Assembly (NCBI GenBank): GCA_965207075.1 | Contig: CBDBLO010000002.1 | Location: 1,824,001 to 1,888,000, forward strand | Source: Nitrosopumilus sp. | Lineage (GTDB): Archaea; Thermoproteota; Nitrososphaeria; Nitrososphaerales; Nitrosopumilaceae | Reading direction: 5' to 3' | DNA: 64,000 nucleotides | Part shown: one piece after another, positions 1-9,836 of the stretch | Layout: the number at the start of each line of letters is the position of its first letter | How positions within the stretch are numbered: the stretch's first letter is position 1 | Made by a program: the position numbers and the translations under genes | The notes under the pieces: generated by a model | What the model saw: the letters and a program-made list of their open reading frames with translations, nothing else | Database searches by the model: none | What the model was told of the DNA's origin: nothing

Positions 1-1830
1 AGGATCCGACACGGTCACCGTCCGGGTCACCGGTACGGCGGATTTGCCGGACTCTGACGTGCAGTCGTACGTTATGGTGTACGTGTCGGCGACACTCGTG
101 TCTACGGGGTTTGTCGTGACCAGCCTGGACGAGATGTCGTTGCCGTTGCCGTCATCGCACGTGGCGCCGTCGTCTGCGTATGTGGAGCCAGTCAGCATGG
201 ACACCGTCGGCGATCCGGCCATCGTGATGACCGGCGGGGGTGTAACGGTGACAGTATAGGACTGGTCGTCGCCTGTCGGGGCAAGGCCCGACAGCGCTTG
301 GTCGGAACCGTCCACGATGTCGTTGTCCTGCGCGACGTCCAGATTGTACGTGCCCGCCTGCGGCGACGCGACGGTGACATAGTACTGGCTGCCCGAGCCT
401 GTCACGGAAATCTCCGGGTCGATGTCCACTCCGAGCGTCAGGTTCCAGCTGTTCAGGGTGCCCTCGTCTCCGTTGAAGTTGTCGTAGAGGCGCATCGCCC
501 AGTCTCCGTTGATCTCGGTTTCGCCAAAGTCCACCTCGTAGGTCTCGGTTATGTCGTCATCGTTGCCGCCGGTGTGGTCGTGCAGCGTCCGGGCGGTGCC
601 GTCGGGCGCCACGAGCTGCACCAAGAGGTCGCCGATGTATTCGTGCTCGATGTCCACGGACACGGACACGGACGAGGCCGCGCCGGAGTCGGTGACGGTA
701 ATCGTGTCATTTCTGTATACGTCGTACGGCACGTACAGGGACGGCGAGCTGGAGTATTCGTATATCAGGGTGTCCGGACTGCCCGGGTCAAGCTCAAAGT
801 CGCCCGCGTCCACGCCGGTCACGGCCTTGCTGAACGTTACGTTGAACACGAGCGTGCCGCTGTCGGTGGTGGCGACGGTGGCGGGGTCATATCTGGTGAT
901 GGATACCACGGAGGGCGGCGGATCCGACACGGTCACCGTCCGGGTCACCTGGGCGGCGGATCTGCCGGACTCTGACGTGCAGTCGTACGTTATGGTGTAC
1001 GTGTCGGCGACATCCGTGTCTACGGGGTTTGCCGTGACCAGCCTGGACGAGATGTCGTTGCCGTTGCCGTCATCGCACGTGGCGCCGTCGTCCGCGTACG
1101 CGGAACCGATCAGCACGGACACCGTCGGTGGCCCGGCCAGCGTGACAACCGGCAGGACCGAGGTGGTGACAGTATAGGACTGGTCGTCGCCTGTCGGGGC
1201 AAGGCTCAACAGCGCGCGGCCGGAACCGTCCACGATGTCGTTGTCCTGCGCGACGTCCAGGTTGTACGTGCCTGCCTGCGGCGACGCGACGGTGACATAG
1301 TACTGGCTGCCCGAGCCTGTCACGGAAGTCACCTGGTCGACTTCCACCCCGAGCGTCAGGTTCCAGCTGTTCAGGGTGCCTTCTATTCCGTCGTAGTTGT
1401 CGTAGAGGCGCATCGCCCAGTCCCCGCTGATCTCGGCGCCATCAAAGTCCACCTCGTAGGTCTCGACTATGCTGCCGGTGTTGCCGCCGGTGTGGTCGTG
1501 CAGCGTCCGGGCGGTGCCGTCGGGCGCCACGAGCTGCACCAAGAGGTCGCCGATGTATTCGTGCTCGATGTCCACGGACACGGACACGGACGAGGCCGCG
1601 CCGGAGTCGGTGACGGCAATCGTGTCATTCTTGTATACGTCGTACGGCACGTACAGGGCCGGCGAGCTGGAGTATTCGTATATCAGGGTGTCGGCTTCCG
1701 GACTGCCCGGGGCAAGCTCAAAGTCGCCCGCGTCCACGCCGGTCACGGCCTTGCTGAACGTCACGTTGAACACGAGCGTGCCGCTGTCGGTGGTGGCGAC
1801 GGTGGGGGTGTGCCTCGTGATGGAGGTGGC
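1..1830 (-). repeat. Intragenic tandem repeat, period 918 bp (306 aa), about two copies visible
   Basis: gatccgacacggtcaccgtccgggtcacc occurs at 3 and 921, and long near-identical blocks follow at the same offset. Confidence 0.9.
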
Positions 1831-3159
1831 GGCCGGGGCCGACTGGGAAGGTGGGTTGACCCTGATGGTGGGAGAGATGGAATTCTCCACGCCAGGAGAA
1901 ATGAGGTTCACCTCGGTGGTGTTGGCAGTTATCGTTATGTAATACTCGGACTTGGTGTGGTAGTCGGACGGGGAATTGAGGACAAGGCGTCCGTCCGTAA
2001 TCGCGAAATGATCGGCGTCGGCGCCCGTGATGTTGTAGTTGTCAACGCCCGTGTCAAACCCGACTTGCGGGGATATGCTCGCAACTGCCGTCCCGCCGTG
2101 GTCCACGTACGTGTCTTCCAGGACGACAAACCACGGTCCCAGATTCCTGTCAAAGGCGGTAGCGTAACTAAACATGGAAGCCATGCCGTACAGGTAGTCC
2201 ACGGAGGAGACGTCCCAGCCGGAGATGTCGGCGTTGAAGGAGCTTGCGCCAGCGAACATTGCATACATGCTTTGCACGGAAGAAACGTCCCAGCCGGAGA
2301 TGTCGCCGTTGAAGGCATTTGCGACCTGAAACATCTGCGTCATGTACTCCACGGAGGAGGTGTTCCAGCCGGAGATGTCGCCGTTGAATTTGTAGGCATC
2401 AGAGAACATGTACGTCATGTCAGTCACGCTGGACACGTCCCAGCTGGACAGGTCGCCGTCAAAGCCGTATGCCTTGTTGAACATGTATCGCGTGCTGGTC
2501 ATTGGGGACACGTCCCAGCTGGACAGGTCGCCGTCAAGATACGTGTTGTAAAACATGTTGAGCACGGAGGGTCGGGAGGAGAGATCCGGCGCGTCAGTTG
2601 CCCGGTACTGCATGTTTGTGGCACCTTTGAACATCTCCGTCATGTCGGACCATTTGGTATCCCCCCACTGATCCAGCGACAGGAGCATTTTCGGGGTATC
2701 AAAGGTTCGGAAAACATCATAGTAGTGAAAGTAAAAGCGCGTCAAGTCGCCGGAGATCGACACCGTGGAATTTCTGAGTACGGCGGGTCCGTCGTATATG
2801 TAATAGTGGTCCACGGATCCGGATGCGTTGTACGACCGTGGCGGGCTGCCGTCCCCCCAGTCTATGGCCACCTGGCCGCCGGATGCCACGCCTATGTGAA
2901 ATCCGATACCCGCCAGGCTTTTGGTGCCGAGAGACGTCCCGGTGGTGTTCCACGTGGTGACAAAGGCGCCGGTGTCGGGCGTTTGCGCGTGCGCCTGCGG
3001 CAGCAGTGCCGCATGCCCCGGCGCATCCGCCAGCTCAGGCCAAACCGTGGCAGCCGCTGCCACCAGCACCACAAATACGGCCAGCGACCAGCCTAGCGAC
3101 TGTCTCCGGAACCTGGCACGGCCGACAGTAGATGCGGCAAAATAGTGGAAAGTCGGCAT
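1..3159 (-). CDS. Giant surface/adhesin protein, 3' end beyond the window: signal/TM segment, DUF285 (BspA-like) repeats, then tandem modules of Ig-like + proprotein convertase P-domain + DUF5011-like Ig domain
   Basis: Manual translation from ATG at 3159 (MPTFHYFAAS...SLAVFVVLVAAAATVW...AHAQTPDTGAFVTTWNT); WDVSSVTDMTYMF-type repeats; 'VDIEHEYIGDLLVQLVAPDGT' and 'GTLNSWNLTL' P-domain motifs. The frame runs off the left edge, so it is missing from the ORF track. Confidence 0.85.
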   Translation of the reverse strand, partial: MPTFHYFAASTVGRARFRRQSLGWSLAVFVVLVAAAATVWPELADAPGHAALLPQAHAQTPDTGAFVTTWNTTGTSLGTKSLAGIGFHIGVASGGQVAIDWGDGSPPRSYNASGSVDHYYIYDGPAVLRNSTVSISGDLTRFYFHYYDVFRTFDTPKMLLSLDQWGDTKWSDMTEMFKGATNMQYRATDAPDLSSRPSVLNMFYNTYLDGDLSSWDVSPMTSTRYMFNKAYGFDGDLSSWDVSSVTDMTYMFSDAYKFNGDISGWNTSSVEYMTQMFQVANAFNGDISGWDVSSVQSMYAMFAGASSFNADISGWDVSSVDYLYGMASMFSYATAFDRNLGPWFVVLEDTYVDHGGTAVASISPQVGFDTGVDNYNITGADADHFAITDGRLVLNSPSDYHTKSEYYITITANTTEVNLISPGVENSISPTIRVNPPSQSAPAATSITRHTPTVATTDSGTLVFNVTFSKAVTGVDAGDFELAPGSPEADTLIYEYSSSPALYVPYDVYKNDTIAVTDSGAASSVSVSVDIEHEYIGDLLVQLVAPDGTARTLHDHTGGNTGSIVETYEVDFDGAEISGDWAMRLYDNYDGIEGTLNSWNLTLGVEVDQVTSVTGSGSQYYVTVASPQAGTYNLDVAQDNDIVDGSGRALLSLAPTGDDQSYTVTTSVLPVVTLAGPPTVSVLIGSAYADDGATCDDGNGNDISSRLVTANPVDTDVADTYTITYDCTSESGRSAAQVTRTVTVSDPPPSVVSITRYDPATVATTDSGTLVFNVTFSKAVTGVDAGDFELDPGSPDTLIYEYSSSPSLYVPYDVYRNDTITVTDSGAASSVSVSVDIEHEYIGDLLVQLVAPDGTARTLHDHTGGNDDDITETYEVDFGETEINGDWAMRLYDNFNGDEGTLNSWNLTLGVDIDPEISVTGSGSQYYVTVASPQAGTYNLDVAQDNDIVDGSDQALSGLAPTGDDQSYTVTVTPPPVITMAGSPTVSMLTGSTYADDGATCDDGNGNDISSRLVTTNPVDTSVADTYTITYDCTSESGKSAVPVTRTVTVSDP
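2130..2660 (-). repeat. DUF285-type ~25-aa (75-bp) repeats
   Basis: Recurring cccagctggacaggtcgccgtcaa / ccagccggagatgtcg units encoding (D/N)GD(L/I)S(S/G)WDVSSV..M..MF. Confidence 0.8.
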
Positions 3160-3529
3160 ATTAACTTTATCGTACATTAGCACATAAGGCACAAGAGTAA
3201 ATAATATTGACAAGGCGGTGCGAAGAATACGCCCCTCTCCCACCCCCCACTTCCAGGTGAAAAGAAGCGGCTTCCTGCCGCCGTCAGTGAATTTTCTACA
3301 TACCCGCGCCCGCGGTACGCCCGCCCATTCCCGGGGGAGTCCTGTTCTCTTCTTCCCCATACTTCGGGACAGAACCAGCATCAGAACAGGCGCCAGTCCG
3401 ACCCGTCGCGGAGCCTATCTAGCAGACTTGTCCATCATTATTATACAATCTCAAATAATCATTAACATATACAGTGAATCTGCGCTTTGAGTGATAAGGG
3501 TTTTTTTACACCCGTGCCTAACCCACGCC

Positions 3530-4201
3530 ATGGCAATGCCGGCGGACTACAGCGACGACAACAGCGGCGCCAGCGCCGCCATGTATATGGAGGACGAATC
3601 GGAGAGGACCGACGACGTCAACGAGTACAGGCGCATCTGCATAGACTTTGTCAGGGACATACAGCACGACTACGAGAGCTGGGTCGACTACTACAAGCTG
3701 CCCGAGGACGAGGATGCCCGCAGGCGCGAGGGGATACGGGCCGCCGTCGAAAGGAGCTGCGAGTGGATAGCAAAGGTGGCCCAGACCATCAAGTCAGTCG
3801 ACATTGCAATGAACGACGGCCTGCAGAAGATGGCAGAGGCGACGGCCGGCAGGCCCCTTGAGATCGGGGTCTTTGTAAACAAGATGTCCGGGTACACGGA
3901 GGCGAGTGCGGGGCCCATAGAGGTGGTCGCAAAGGGGGCCGCCAGGCAGGGCAGAAGGATCAAGATCGGATTCCACTTCAAGGACGACAGGTTCAGAACG
4001 GAGTCAACGTGCGGCGCGTACCTCTCAGACGAGGGGCTGCCGCCGGACGCCTGCGGGATGCTTGACGCGCACCTGACCCTCCACGCGGAGGACGCCCAGC
4101 GCAGGGACCTCATCTCGTTTACGGTAACGTTTGCAGAGGTGGACTCGGACGGAAGCGAGATCGAGAAGAGGGGCCTGACCACCATAGTGCACATTGTTTG
4201 A
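3530..4201 (+). CDS. Hypothetical protein (acidic helical N-half, beta-rich C-half)
   Basis: ORF with coding-like composition; T-rich TATA-like element at ~3501-3510; no recognisable motif. Confidence 0.7.
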   Translation: MAMPADYSDDNSGASAAMYMEDESERTDDVNEYRRICIDFVRDIQHDYESWVDYYKLPEDEDARRREGIRAAVERSCEWIAKVAQTIKSVDIAMNDGLQKMAEATAGRPLEIGVFVNKMSGYTEASAGPIEVVAKGAARQGRRIKIGFHFKDDRFRTESTCGAYLSDEGLPPDACGMLDAHLTLHAEDAQRRDLISFTVTFAEVDSDGSEIEKRGLTTIVHIV

Positions 4202-4213
4202 GCGTCACGCGCG

Positions 4214-6586
4214 TCAGTCCAAGTAGCCCACGAGCGCGCCCGTCCCGGCCAGTCTGACGAACCCGAGCCGCTCAAGCGAGTCCGTGTCGCTGGCGACCAT
4301 CACGCCGTCGGATATGGTGTACAGGACGTCCTCTATGTAGAACGTCCTGGCCGATCCGTCCGCGTAGGGGAGCGGGTCCGCCGACACGGCCGAGTGCGAG
4401 ACGGTCCCGCGTATTGCAATGCCGTCCTCCGCGTCCAGATTCAGGACGTAGAATCCCGACCAGTAGTCCCTGTAATAGTCGTCATACTCGATCACGTTCT
4501 CGGACTCGGACGGGTGCAGCGTGTCGCCAAGATCCCTGTAGGGGCCCTTGACGGGCATCGACAGTATGTCACGCGCACCGTCAAAGAAGAAGGCCTTGTG
4601 GCTCGACAGAGCGTCCGAGTACGTCTCCGAGCCCCCTATTATCAGGTCGTCTGAGACGGACGGGTTCGAGACGTCCGAGACGTCGAACAGGGCTATCTTG
4701 AGCCCCAGCTGCCTAACCCACCTGTCGCCGTCAAGCGTGGTGTCGCGGCCCACCCCGATCACGTGCTTTTCATCGTACGGGTGCAGGTAGTTCGAGAAGC
4801 CCGGAATCTTGAGCTCGCCGAGTATGCGCGGCGTGTCGCCGGATATGTCAATGACAAAGAACGGATCCACCTGCTGGAACGTTACAAGGTACAGCCGATC
4901 CCCCATGAACCTGGCCGAGTATATGCTCTCGTCGGGCGCCACGTCCTCAAGCGAGCCGACCTCCTCCAGGTTGTGGTCAAGCGTATAGACCCCGTTTGAC
5001 CTGCTAAAGCCGCCGTACTCCGTATAGTATTCGGTCGTGGTGGCCACCCGGAGCCGGTCGCCGCCGCCGCTCTCCCCGAGGGAGAACTGGTTGAGGAGCC
5101 TGCCGGGCACGGCGCCGCGCGCCACGTACTCGATACCGCCCTCCTCCCCGCTGCCTATCGAGACCTTGTGGATCACCGTCTTGGTGCGGTCCCTCTCAAG
5201 CGCCGAGTCGTACGATACCAGCGCGTCCTGTATGCGCTCAAAGAGCCTGTCGCGCTCGCCGGCCCCAAGCCCGTTGTAGTAGTCTTCAAGTATCTCGGCA
5301 ATCACCTGCCACTGGCCGCGCGAGCCCTCAAGCCACTCGGCCTCCTGCGCGTCGAGTATGTCGCGCTGTACCTCGGCCGGCAGCAGTGGGACGATCGCCT
5401 CAAAGAAGCGCTCCTTGGCGGCCTGCTCGTAGTTGTAGCCCGGGGGCACGCTCTGCAGGTACGTCAGGTAAAAGTACGAGTGCGTCACATAGTACGTGCC
5501 CGTGTTGCCCATCAGGAACGTCTCAGACGAGATGGATCCGCCGCCGTCGCCGCCAGAGAGGTCTATCTCGGCGAGGGTCGTGAACGTCGAGAGGTTCCAC
5601 TCATCATCAAAGTAAAAGATCCGGGGCGCGACCTCCTCCGAGTCCCGCAGGATTATGGGAAAGTCCGGACGGTCATAGTCCACATGGCTCGTGGCCACCA
5701 CGTAGACGCTGTCGCCTATCATCCGGGCGTCCTCAAACCACCCGTCTATCGAGTATTTGGTGCGGATCTCGGGCGCCGAACGGTCGGATACGTCCAGTAC
5801 GACCGCGTGCGTGACAGGCTTGTACGACCGCCGCGGCTCAAAGTCGTACTCTCGTATCACGAGATCGTCGCTCTGCGAGGTGTAGAACACCACCAAGTCG
5901 TCCCCGTTGAGGAACATGTCTCGGATGTAGTCCGGATCAATGTCAAGGGCCACCTTTGTGACGATGCCCATGTCGCTGGCAGGCCACACGTCAACGATCG
6001 TAAGCATGTTACGCGCCGCCACGTATGCGTACTGGCCGTCGTTCTTGACGTAATCCGGCTCGTCGACGCCCTCGACCTGCACGTTTGTAGTCGAATAGTC
6101 GGTGCCGTCTCCCACGCCGGCCGTCTCCGCGGCATCATCGAACATCATCCCGGGCTCCGATTCTGCCATCATGACATCGGATCTTGCAAACATCATCATG
6201 TCCGAGCCCATGCCGGCCTGCCACCTGCCCGCGGACCGATCCTGCAAGGACGCCGCGTTTATCAGGTCGACAAGCTGCTCCCTTGTGGTTATCTCCAGTG
6301 CCCCCTCGATCCCATGTGCCGGAGAGAGTGGGACTGGATCCGTTGCTACCGCCGGCGCGTCGCCGTCTGCAGGTGTCGGCTGCTGCGCCGACGTGCCGTT
6401 GTCCAAGCGTATATCTGCAGGCGGCGGTTCAACGACAGGCGGCGGTTCAACGACAGGCGGCGGTTCAACGACAGGCGGCGGTTCAACGACAGGCGGCGGA
6501 GCATTGTCGGCGGGGGCAAGCACAAGGGCAGCTCCGATTCCAATCGCGACGATACCTATGATGACGGCCAGAATCACATTGTTCAT
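4214..6586 (-). CDS. Secreted/membrane-anchored beta-propeller domain protein (Beta_propel family)
   Basis: N-terminal TM; family motifs 'YSTTNVQVEGVDEPDYVKNDG', 'ESIYSARFMGDRLYLVTFQQVDPFFVID', 'LGELKIPGFSNYLHPY'. Confidence 0.9.
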   Translation of the reverse strand: MNNVILAVIIGIVAIGIGAALVLAPADNAPPPVVEPPPVVEPPPVVEPPPVVEPPPADIRLDNGTSAQQPTPADGDAPAVATDPVPLSPAHGIEGALEITTREQLVDLINAASLQDRSAGRWQAGMGSDMMMFARSDVMMAESEPGMMFDDAAETAGVGDGTDYSTTNVQVEGVDEPDYVKNDGQYAYVAARNMLTIVDVWPASDMGIVTKVALDIDPDYIRDMFLNGDDLVVFYTSQSDDLVIREYDFEPRRSYKPVTHAVVLDVSDRSAPEIRTKYSIDGWFEDARMIGDSVYVVATSHVDYDRPDFPIILRDSEEVAPRIFYFDDEWNLSTFTTLAEIDLSGGDGGGSISSETFLMGNTGTYYVTHSYFYLTYLQSVPPGYNYEQAAKERFFEAIVPLLPAEVQRDILDAQEAEWLEGSRGQWQVIAEILEDYYNGLGAGERDRLFERIQDALVSYDSALERDRTKTVIHKVSIGSGEEGGIEYVARGAVPGRLLNQFSLGESGGGDRLRVATTTEYYTEYGGFSRSNGVYTLDHNLEEVGSLEDVAPDESIYSARFMGDRLYLVTFQQVDPFFVIDISGDTPRILGELKIPGFSNYLHPYDEKHVIGVGRDTTLDGDRWVRQLGLKIALFDVSDVSNPSVSDDLIIGGSETYSDALSSHKAFFFDGARDILSMPVKGPYRDLGDTLHPSESENVIEYDDYYRDYWSGFYVLNLDAEDGIAIRGTVSHSAVSADPLPYADGSARTFYIEDVLYTISDGVMVASDTDSLERLGFVRLAGTGALVGYLD
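6418..6498 (-). repeat. 18-bp perfect tandem repeat x4 encoding (PPPVVE)n linker
   Basis: ggcggcggttcaacgaca repeated four times. Confidence 0.95.
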
Positions 6587-6686
6587 TATTTTATAATCTC
6601 CGCTCTCAAGTAAAAGATCCTATAGAATGGATTTAAAGGTGCGGATTTGGTTCTTTGTTATGAAGCTGCGCGCGGCTGCCGCAGCA

Positions 6687-7106
6687 TCATCCGGCTGTAG
6701 CAAAATCATCATCACGGCATCCGTCAAGTGACACCTCTATTGCCACCCTGCGCTCCGTTGCCCTCTCCTGTCCGGGATACTTTAGCTCCGAGATGATCCG
6801 CAGCAGGCCCTCGTCGGATACTATACGCGCCGCGCCGCGCGCGCTCTGCTCCCCGCGGATCACCACCACGTCGGGGTTGGCAGCCGCGTTGAGGTACCAG
6901 TCCCCGTCCGGCCGGTGCCGTGAAAAGTAGAGCCTGCCAGAACGGGACACGGCCCTGAGCGGGACGGCATGCTCGTTGCCGGTCCGGCGGCCCCTTGTCA
7001 CAAGAACAGCCCTGAACGCCGCCCCGTCCGGCGCCCCCAGTGCCGTGGCGCTGCCCGCCGGTTCCGGCGGCGGCCCGGTCGCGTAAACGGCGGGATCCGA
7101 GGGCAT
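6687..7106 (-). CDS. Deazaflavin (F420)-dependent nitroreductase-family (split-barrel) protein
   Basis: 'LVTRGRRTG...VPL', 'DWYLNAAANPDV' motifs. Confidence 0.75.
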   Translation of the reverse strand: MPSDPAVYATGPPPEPAGSATALGAPDGAAFRAVLVTRGRRTGNEHAVPLRAVSRSGRLYFSRHRPDGDWYLNAAANPDVVVIRGEQSARGAARIVSDEGLLRIISELKYPGQERATERRVAIEVSLDGCRDDDFATAG

Positions 7107-7193
7107 GCCGCGGGTTCCAAGTCAAGTAATTTAACGCCATTGGTGGAATTTGACAATGCTCACGTTGATAAGCAAACTTTGCCACCAGACGTC

Positions 7194-7646
7194 ATGTCAG
7201 TAAGACTAGAGGACGTGCCTGCGGGCATGATGACTGCCGACACGTTCAAGGGCAAAAAGGTCATCGACAGAGAGGGCGTGGAGTATGGCAAGGTAAAGCA
7301 CATACACATCAACCCGGAGACGCTGGTGGTCTCAGGAGTGACCATACACGAGGGGTTTGGCAAGGACTACTACCTGACCAGTGACTACATAGACGAGTTC
7401 TCAGAGAAGACGCTGCACCTGAGCAGGCCGCCCATAAGGACCGGGGCCACTGTCATCGACGGGGACCGCCACAAGCTGGGCAAGATAAAGAGGCTACACA
7501 AGAACCCAGACACCGACGAGGTGGAGTCCATAGAGATCACAGACGGCCTGACAAACACCAAGATCGTCTCAAAGTCAGAGATATGGGGGATTGGCGAGAG
7601 GGTGATCCTCAAGATGACCAAAAAAGAGTTCAAACGGATGGAATAG
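7194..7646 (+). CDS. Double PRC-barrel domain protein
   Basis: Two repeats 'GKKVIDREGVEYGKVKHI' / 'GATVIDGDRHKLGKIKRL'; start moved to ATG 7194. Confidence 0.85.
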   Translation: MSVRLEDVPAGMMTADTFKGKKVIDREGVEYGKVKHIHINPETLVVSGVTIHEGFGKDYYLTSDYIDEFSEKTLHLSRPPIRTGATVIDGDRHKLGKIKRLHKNPDTDEVESIEITDGLTNTKIVSKSEIWGIGERVILKMTKKEFKRME

Positions 7647-7912
7647 CGACCAGACTGCCGCCGTGTTTTCTTTCCTGCGTGCGGCGCACCATCCAGTATT
7701 TTCGTCCCGGCGTCGGATGACCGGCGCGCATGGCACGGCCTGCGCACTGCGGGCGTGCCGACCGACCTTTTTTTGGTTTTTGCCCGGAGCGTGCTCGTCA
7801 AAGATATCGGCCGTCCCGGTGCGCTCAGGCAGGCGTCGAGGCGGCGGCAGCGGCGGGACGCCCACTCAAATCTACCAAGTTATAATTGGGCCTCGCCCCG
7901 CCCACGCGTACG

Positions 7913-8932
7913 ATGGATGCCATAGAGACCAGACACCTGACAAAGTCGTTTGGCCGCACAACCGCGGTCGACGACATATCATTCAGCGTCAAGAGCGGGG
8001 AGATATTCGGATTCCTGGGCCCCAACGGCGCCGGAAAGAGTACCACCATGATGATCCTCACCACCCTGCTCAAGCCCACCTCAGGCGAGGCCTTTGTGGG
8101 GGGCGCCGACGTCTCAAGGGAGCCCAAGAGCGTCAGGCAGAAGATAGGATACGTCCAGCAGGACATTGCAGTAGACGAGTACATGACCGGCCGGGAGAAC
8201 CTCCAGCTGCACGCAAGGCTCAGCCACATGCCGGGCAGCATGGTAGAATCGCGCATAGACGAGATGCTCGGCCTGGTGGAGCTGGACCAAAAGCAGCACG
8301 AGCAGGTGGTGGGCTACTCCGGCGGCATGCGCAAGAGGCTGGACATAGCAGGAGGACTGCTCCACATGCCAGACGTGCTGTTTTTGGACGAGCCGACAGT
8401 CGGGCTCGACATACAGACGCGCAGGAAGATATGGGACTACATCAGGAGGATACACTCAGAGTACGGCGTGACCGTCTTCCTGACCACCCACTACATGGAG
8501 GAGGCAGACAGCCTTTGTGACAGGGTCGGCATAATAGATGGGGGCAGGATAGTGGACATAGACAGCCCTGCGCGCATGAAGGAGGCGCTCGGCAGCGAGA
8601 TGATCTCCATAGAGGTGCCGCGGGCAGACTCGGACAGGATGCTGCAGGGGCTGCGGGGCATGGACGGAGTGCTGTCTGACATAAGGTGCGACCACGACTC
8701 GGGGGCCATAACGATGGTGGCGTCAAACGGGACGGGGACGGTCCCCAAGATATTCGGGGCCGCGTCCGGATGCGGCGTCGCGATAAACGCAATCAGCGTG
8801 ACGCGGCCCACGCTTGACGACGTGTTTTTGCACCATACCGGACACGAGATCAGGGACGAGGAGGATTCCGGGTTCAGCCGCGGGCTGGAGCTTGCCAGGA
8901 AGAGGAGGAGAGGGGGGAGTGGGGCGCCGTGA
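7913..8932 (+). CDS. ABC-2 (DrrA-like) exporter ATP-binding subunit
   Basis: Walker A GPNGAGKS, signature YSGGM, Walker B LFLDEPT, H-loop TTHY. Confidence 0.95.
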   Translation: MDAIETRHLTKSFGRTTAVDDISFSVKSGEIFGFLGPNGAGKSTTMMILTTLLKPTSGEAFVGGADVSREPKSVRQKIGYVQQDIAVDEYMTGRENLQLHARLSHMPGSMVESRIDEMLGLVELDQKQHEQVVGYSGGMRKRLDIAGGLLHMPDVLFLDEPTVGLDIQTRRKIWDYIRRIHSEYGVTVFLTTHYMEEADSLCDRVGIIDGGRIVDIDSPARMKEALGSEMISIEVPRADSDRMLQGLRGMDGVLSDIRCDHDSGAITMVASNGTGTVPKIFGAASGCGVAINAISVTRPTLDDVFLHHTGHEIRDEEDSGFSRGLELARKRRRGGSGAP

Positions 8933-9735
8933 CAACTGACGCGCCCTTCCGCGCGTCGGCCGCGTACGACGCGTACACGATATTCTGGCGCGAGATAAAG
9001 AGGTACAAAAAGTCAAAGAGCGGGGTATTCATCAGGATCATCCAGCCGGCCATATGGATAGTGGTAGTGGGCAACACGTTTGCCGGAACCCAGCCGCTCA
9101 TAGAGTCAGTCGGATTTGACGGCCAGTACATAGAGTTCATGGCGCCCGGCGTGATAGTGCTGACGGCGATATTCACCAGCATATTCGGCGGGGTCAACAC
9201 CCTGTGGGACAGGCGGTACGGGTTCATGAACAAGGTGCTCACCACGCCCATCTCGCGCTCCTCGATCGCCCTGGGCAAGGTGGCGGCAATCTCCCTGATA
9301 GCCGCGCTGCAGGCCAGCCTCATACTCGGGATCGCGCTTGCAATAGGGGTCACGTTCTCAGACCCGCTGATGATCGCCCCCATAATGGGCATCGTCATAC
9401 TGTTCTCCCTGGGATTCGCCGGGATATCCGTGACGGTGGCGGCCACTGCAAAGTCGCAGGAGACCTTCTGGGGGCTGATAAACATGCTCGGCATGCCGCT
9501 GTTCATGCTCAGCCCCGCCCTCTTCCCGCTAGAGCTTATGCCGGAGTGGCTCGCCACGCTTGCAAAGTTCAACCCCGTCACGTACGCGGTGCTCATCATA
9601 AGGGAGATGATGACGGGGGTCCCGGAGGGCGGCATCGCGATGCTGGCCGGGCTCGGCATAATATCGGCCTTTGTCGCGTGCACGATGGTGGTCGCGAGCT
9701 ACGTGTTCACAAGGGACGTCAACAAGCCGTTCTGA
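8929..9735 (+). CDS. ABC-2 type exporter permease
   Basis: Six hydrophobic segments, 'NPVTYAV' motif; overlaps the ATPase stop. Confidence 0.92.
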   Translation: MTTDAPFRASAAYDAYTIFWREIKRYKKSKSGVFIRIIQPAIWIVVVGNTFAGTQPLIESVGFDGQYIEFMAPGVIVLTAIFTSIFGGVNTLWDRRYGFMNKVLTTPISRSSIALGKVAAISLIAALQASLILGIALAIGVTFSDPLMIAPIMGIVILFSLGFAGISVTVAATAKSQETFWGLINMLGMPLFMLSPALFPLELMPEWLATLAKFNPVTYAVLIIREMMTGVPEGGIAMLAGLGIISAFVACTMVVASYVFTRDVNKPF

Positions 9736-9836
9736 CTGTCGGGCGGCAGCCCGCCGCAGGTACTGACAAAAATTTGACAAAATGGAGAACCTTTGCTAAC
9801 ACGGCGCCTTATTGTCGGATTCGGCCACCCTGCGCC

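Noticed and set aside
1-1830. Repeat pair as a DGR template/variable region
   Set aside because: Differences are not adenine-specific, both copies are in frame in one gene, and no reverse transcriptase is in the window
298-3096. Long plus-strand ORFs (298-975, 551-1177, 1492-3096)
   Set aside because: Antisense shadows of the minus-strand surface protein; such shadow ORFs occur throughout this GC-rich window
6418-6498. Short direct repeats as a CRISPR array
   Set aside because: No spacers, coding 18-bp units, no cas genes
9204-9836. N-terminal extension of the NHL ORF (768 aa in the track)
   Set aside because: Overlaps the ABC permease in another frame; the signal-like start lies at 9837/9858
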